The notes under the pieces: model-generated
Databases searched by the model: none
Seen by the model: the letters and a program-made list of their open reading frames with translations, nothing else
What the model was told of the DNA's origin: nothing
Shown here: positions 61,880-64,000 of the stretch, in pieces
Layout of the letters: every line of letters begins with the position of its first letter
Numbering within the stretch: position 1 is the first letter of the stretch
Assembly (NCBI GenBank): GCA_036785375.1
Contig: JAWMAR010000076.1
Span: 7,564,001 to 7,628,000, forward strand
Source of the DNA: Leucoraja ocellata
Lineage: Eukaryota
Length of the DNA: 64,000 bases
Reading direction: 5' to 3'
Made by a program: the position numbers and the translations under genes

Positions 61880-64000
61880 AAGACGTTGATGCACTGAGCG
61901 GCACAATGGCTTGCGATGCAAAAAGTGCTGTTGAGCCAACACCAAGGAGGCCGACATCAGGCAACACAGTGGTGGTTGGAGACTCCATTGTGAGAGGTAC
62001 GGACAGTGGTTTCTGCGGCAACAGACAGGATTCAAGGATGATTTGCTGCCTCCCGGGTGCCAAGATCCAGGATGTCAAGGACAGAGTGCAGAAAATCCTC
62101 AAGGGCGAAGGTGAACAGCCGGAAGTGGTAGTGCATGTTGGCATTTACGATGTCGGAAAGAAGGGGATTAATATTCTGAAGCGTGACTTTAGAGAGCTTG
62201 GAAAAGTGCTGAAAATCAGGTGGTTTGCTTCCAGTTCCTCGTGCTGGTGAGAGCAGGAACAGGGATATACAAGACCTAAATGTGCGGCTGAGGGACTGGT
62301 GCAGGGGGCAGGGATTTAGATTCTTAGACCACTGGGATCTGTTTTGGAGTAAGGGGGAACTGTACAATAGGGACGGATTGCACCTTAACAGGTGGGGGAC
62401 CGGCATTCTGGCAGGCAGGTTTGCCACTGCGACACAGGTGGTTTTAAACTAAATAAGGAGGTGGGGGGGGGGGGGGGGGAGGAGTCAAATGGGATAGTCA
62501 AGGACGGAGTTAAAGGGAAAGGCAGTAAAGGGATAGTTAATGACCCCAGAATTGACGGGAAAGAAAGCTCACAAAGGGATATGAGAGTATGGCCAAGTGT
62601 AGTAGGCATCGATGTGAAGGGTGAGATGCATAAGGAATTAAAAGTACTGTATTTGAATGTTTGAAGTATAAGAAGTAAAGTACATGGGTTTGAAGCTCAG
62701 ATAGAGGTTGGTAGGTATGACATTGTGGAGATTACCGAGACATGTTTGCAAGAGGATCAGGTTTGGGAACTTAATATTCAGGGTTATACATCCTATAGAA
62801 AGGACAGGCAGGTGGGCAGAGGAGGAGGGGGTAGCTCTTCTGGTGAGGAATGCAATTCGGTCCCTTGTGAGGGAAGACATAGGGACTGACAAGGTAGAGT
62901 CACTGTGGATTGAGTTGAGGAATTGTAATGGCAACAAGACACTAATTGGTGTTATTTACAGACCCCCAACTAGCAGACCGGATGTAGGGTGTAAGTTGCA
63001 GCAGGAGTTAAAACTGGCATGTAACAAAGGTAATGCCACTGTGGTGATGGGGGATTTCAATATGCAGGTAGACTGGAAAAATCAGGTTGATTCAGGACCC
63101 CAAGAAAGAGAGTTTGTAGAATGCCTCCGAGATGGATTCTTAGAGCAGCTTGTAATGGAGCCGACCAGAGAAAAGGCAATTCTGGATTTAGTGTTGTCCA
63201 ATGAACCAAATTTGATAAGAGAACGCGAGGTAAAGGAACTGCTTGGAGGTATTGATCATAATATGATTAGATTTAATCTGCAATTTGAGAAGGAGAAGGT
63301 TAGATCGGAAGTGGCAGTGATGCAGCTGAACAAAGGGGATTATGAAGGCATGAGAGAGGAGCTGGCCAAGGTCGACTGGAAAGGGTTACTAGCAGGAATG
63401 ACGGTGGAACAGCAATGGCAGGAATTTCTGGGCATAATCCGGAAGGCAAAAAGGAAGAAAGATTCTAAGGGGAGTAGGAGACAACCATGGCTGACAAGAG
63501 AAGTTAGGGATAGAATAAAACTAAAAGAAAAGATGAATAAAACAGCAAAGCGTAGCCAGAAACCAGAGGATTGGGAAACTTTCATAGGACAATAGAAGGA
63601 AACAAAACAGGCAATACAGACTGAAAAGATGAAGTACGAAGGAAAGCTGGCCAGGAATATAAAGAAGAACAGTAAAAGTTGTTTTAAATATGTTAAGAGA
63701 AAAAGAGTAGCAAAGTCAAATGTGGGTCCCTTGAAGGCAGACACGGGTGAAATTATTATGGGGAACAAGGAAATGGCAGAGGAGTTGAACAGGTACTTCG
63801 GATCTGTCCACTAAAAAAGACACAAACAATCTCCCAGAAGTACTGGAGGACAGAGGATCTAAGGGGGTCGAGGAACTGAAATAACTTTTCATTAGACGAG
63901 ACATAGTATTGGGTAGGCTAATGGGACTGAAGGATGATAAATCCCTGGGGCCTGATGGTCTGCATCCCAGAGTCCTCAGGCAGGTGCCTCTATAGAAATA
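61880..64000 (+). mobile_element. CR1 LINE 5' part: ORF1 SGNH/GDSL-type esterase and ORF2 APE region, frameshifted; continues beyond the window
   Basis: ORF1 esterase motifs VVVGDSIVRGTD, CLPGA, VVVHVG and RDGLHLN; ORF2 motifs IYRPP, MGDFN, LDLVLSN, QPWLT and KSPGPDGLHPR. Confidence 0.93.

Noticed and set aside
1-64000. Assigning VTCN1, CD276 or a BTN gene symbol; presence of a B30.2/PRY-SPRY exon
   Set aside because: The similarity is family-level only and orthology needs a phylogeny. No B30.2-like ORF appears in the ORF track.

Overview
Eukaryotic, intron-rich and repeat-rich DNA. The HE1-type SINEs, HER1/CR1 LINEs and Penelope termini point to a cartilaginous fish, probably a skate or ray (inference). 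There are two assembly gaps (39472-39671, 46506-46659). Among the repeats are two paralogous, divergently oriented B7/butyrophilin-family Ig-superfamily genes, reconstructed by hand from splice signals. Gene A (minus strand) has leader 21776-21716, IgV 12984-12637, IgC 9075-8794 and TM+stop 8457-8363 (786 nt, 261 aa), plus a 3' exon starting at 4003. Gene B (plus strand) has IgV 44188-44517, IgC 49569-49853, TM+stop 52353-52444 and a 3' exon starting at 54324; its leader was not found. Both share unusual traits. The IgV domain has lost the canonical F-strand Cys (DxGxYxC to DxGIYxL) and gained an A-strand Cys. The protein stops right after the hydrophobic segment (WSWW*/YWSW*), leaving no cytoplasmic tail. 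An intron follows 13-26 nt after the stop and leads to a conserved 3' exon. The rest is mostly mobile DNA: CR1 and Rex1/Babar LINEs, Tc1/mariner copies, tandem non-autonomous Helitrons, a TIR element with a 7-bp TSD, a Harbinger-like MITE, SINEs, Penelope fragments carrying minimal hammerhead-ribozyme motifs, and several long inverted repeats including a ~740-bp palindrome.
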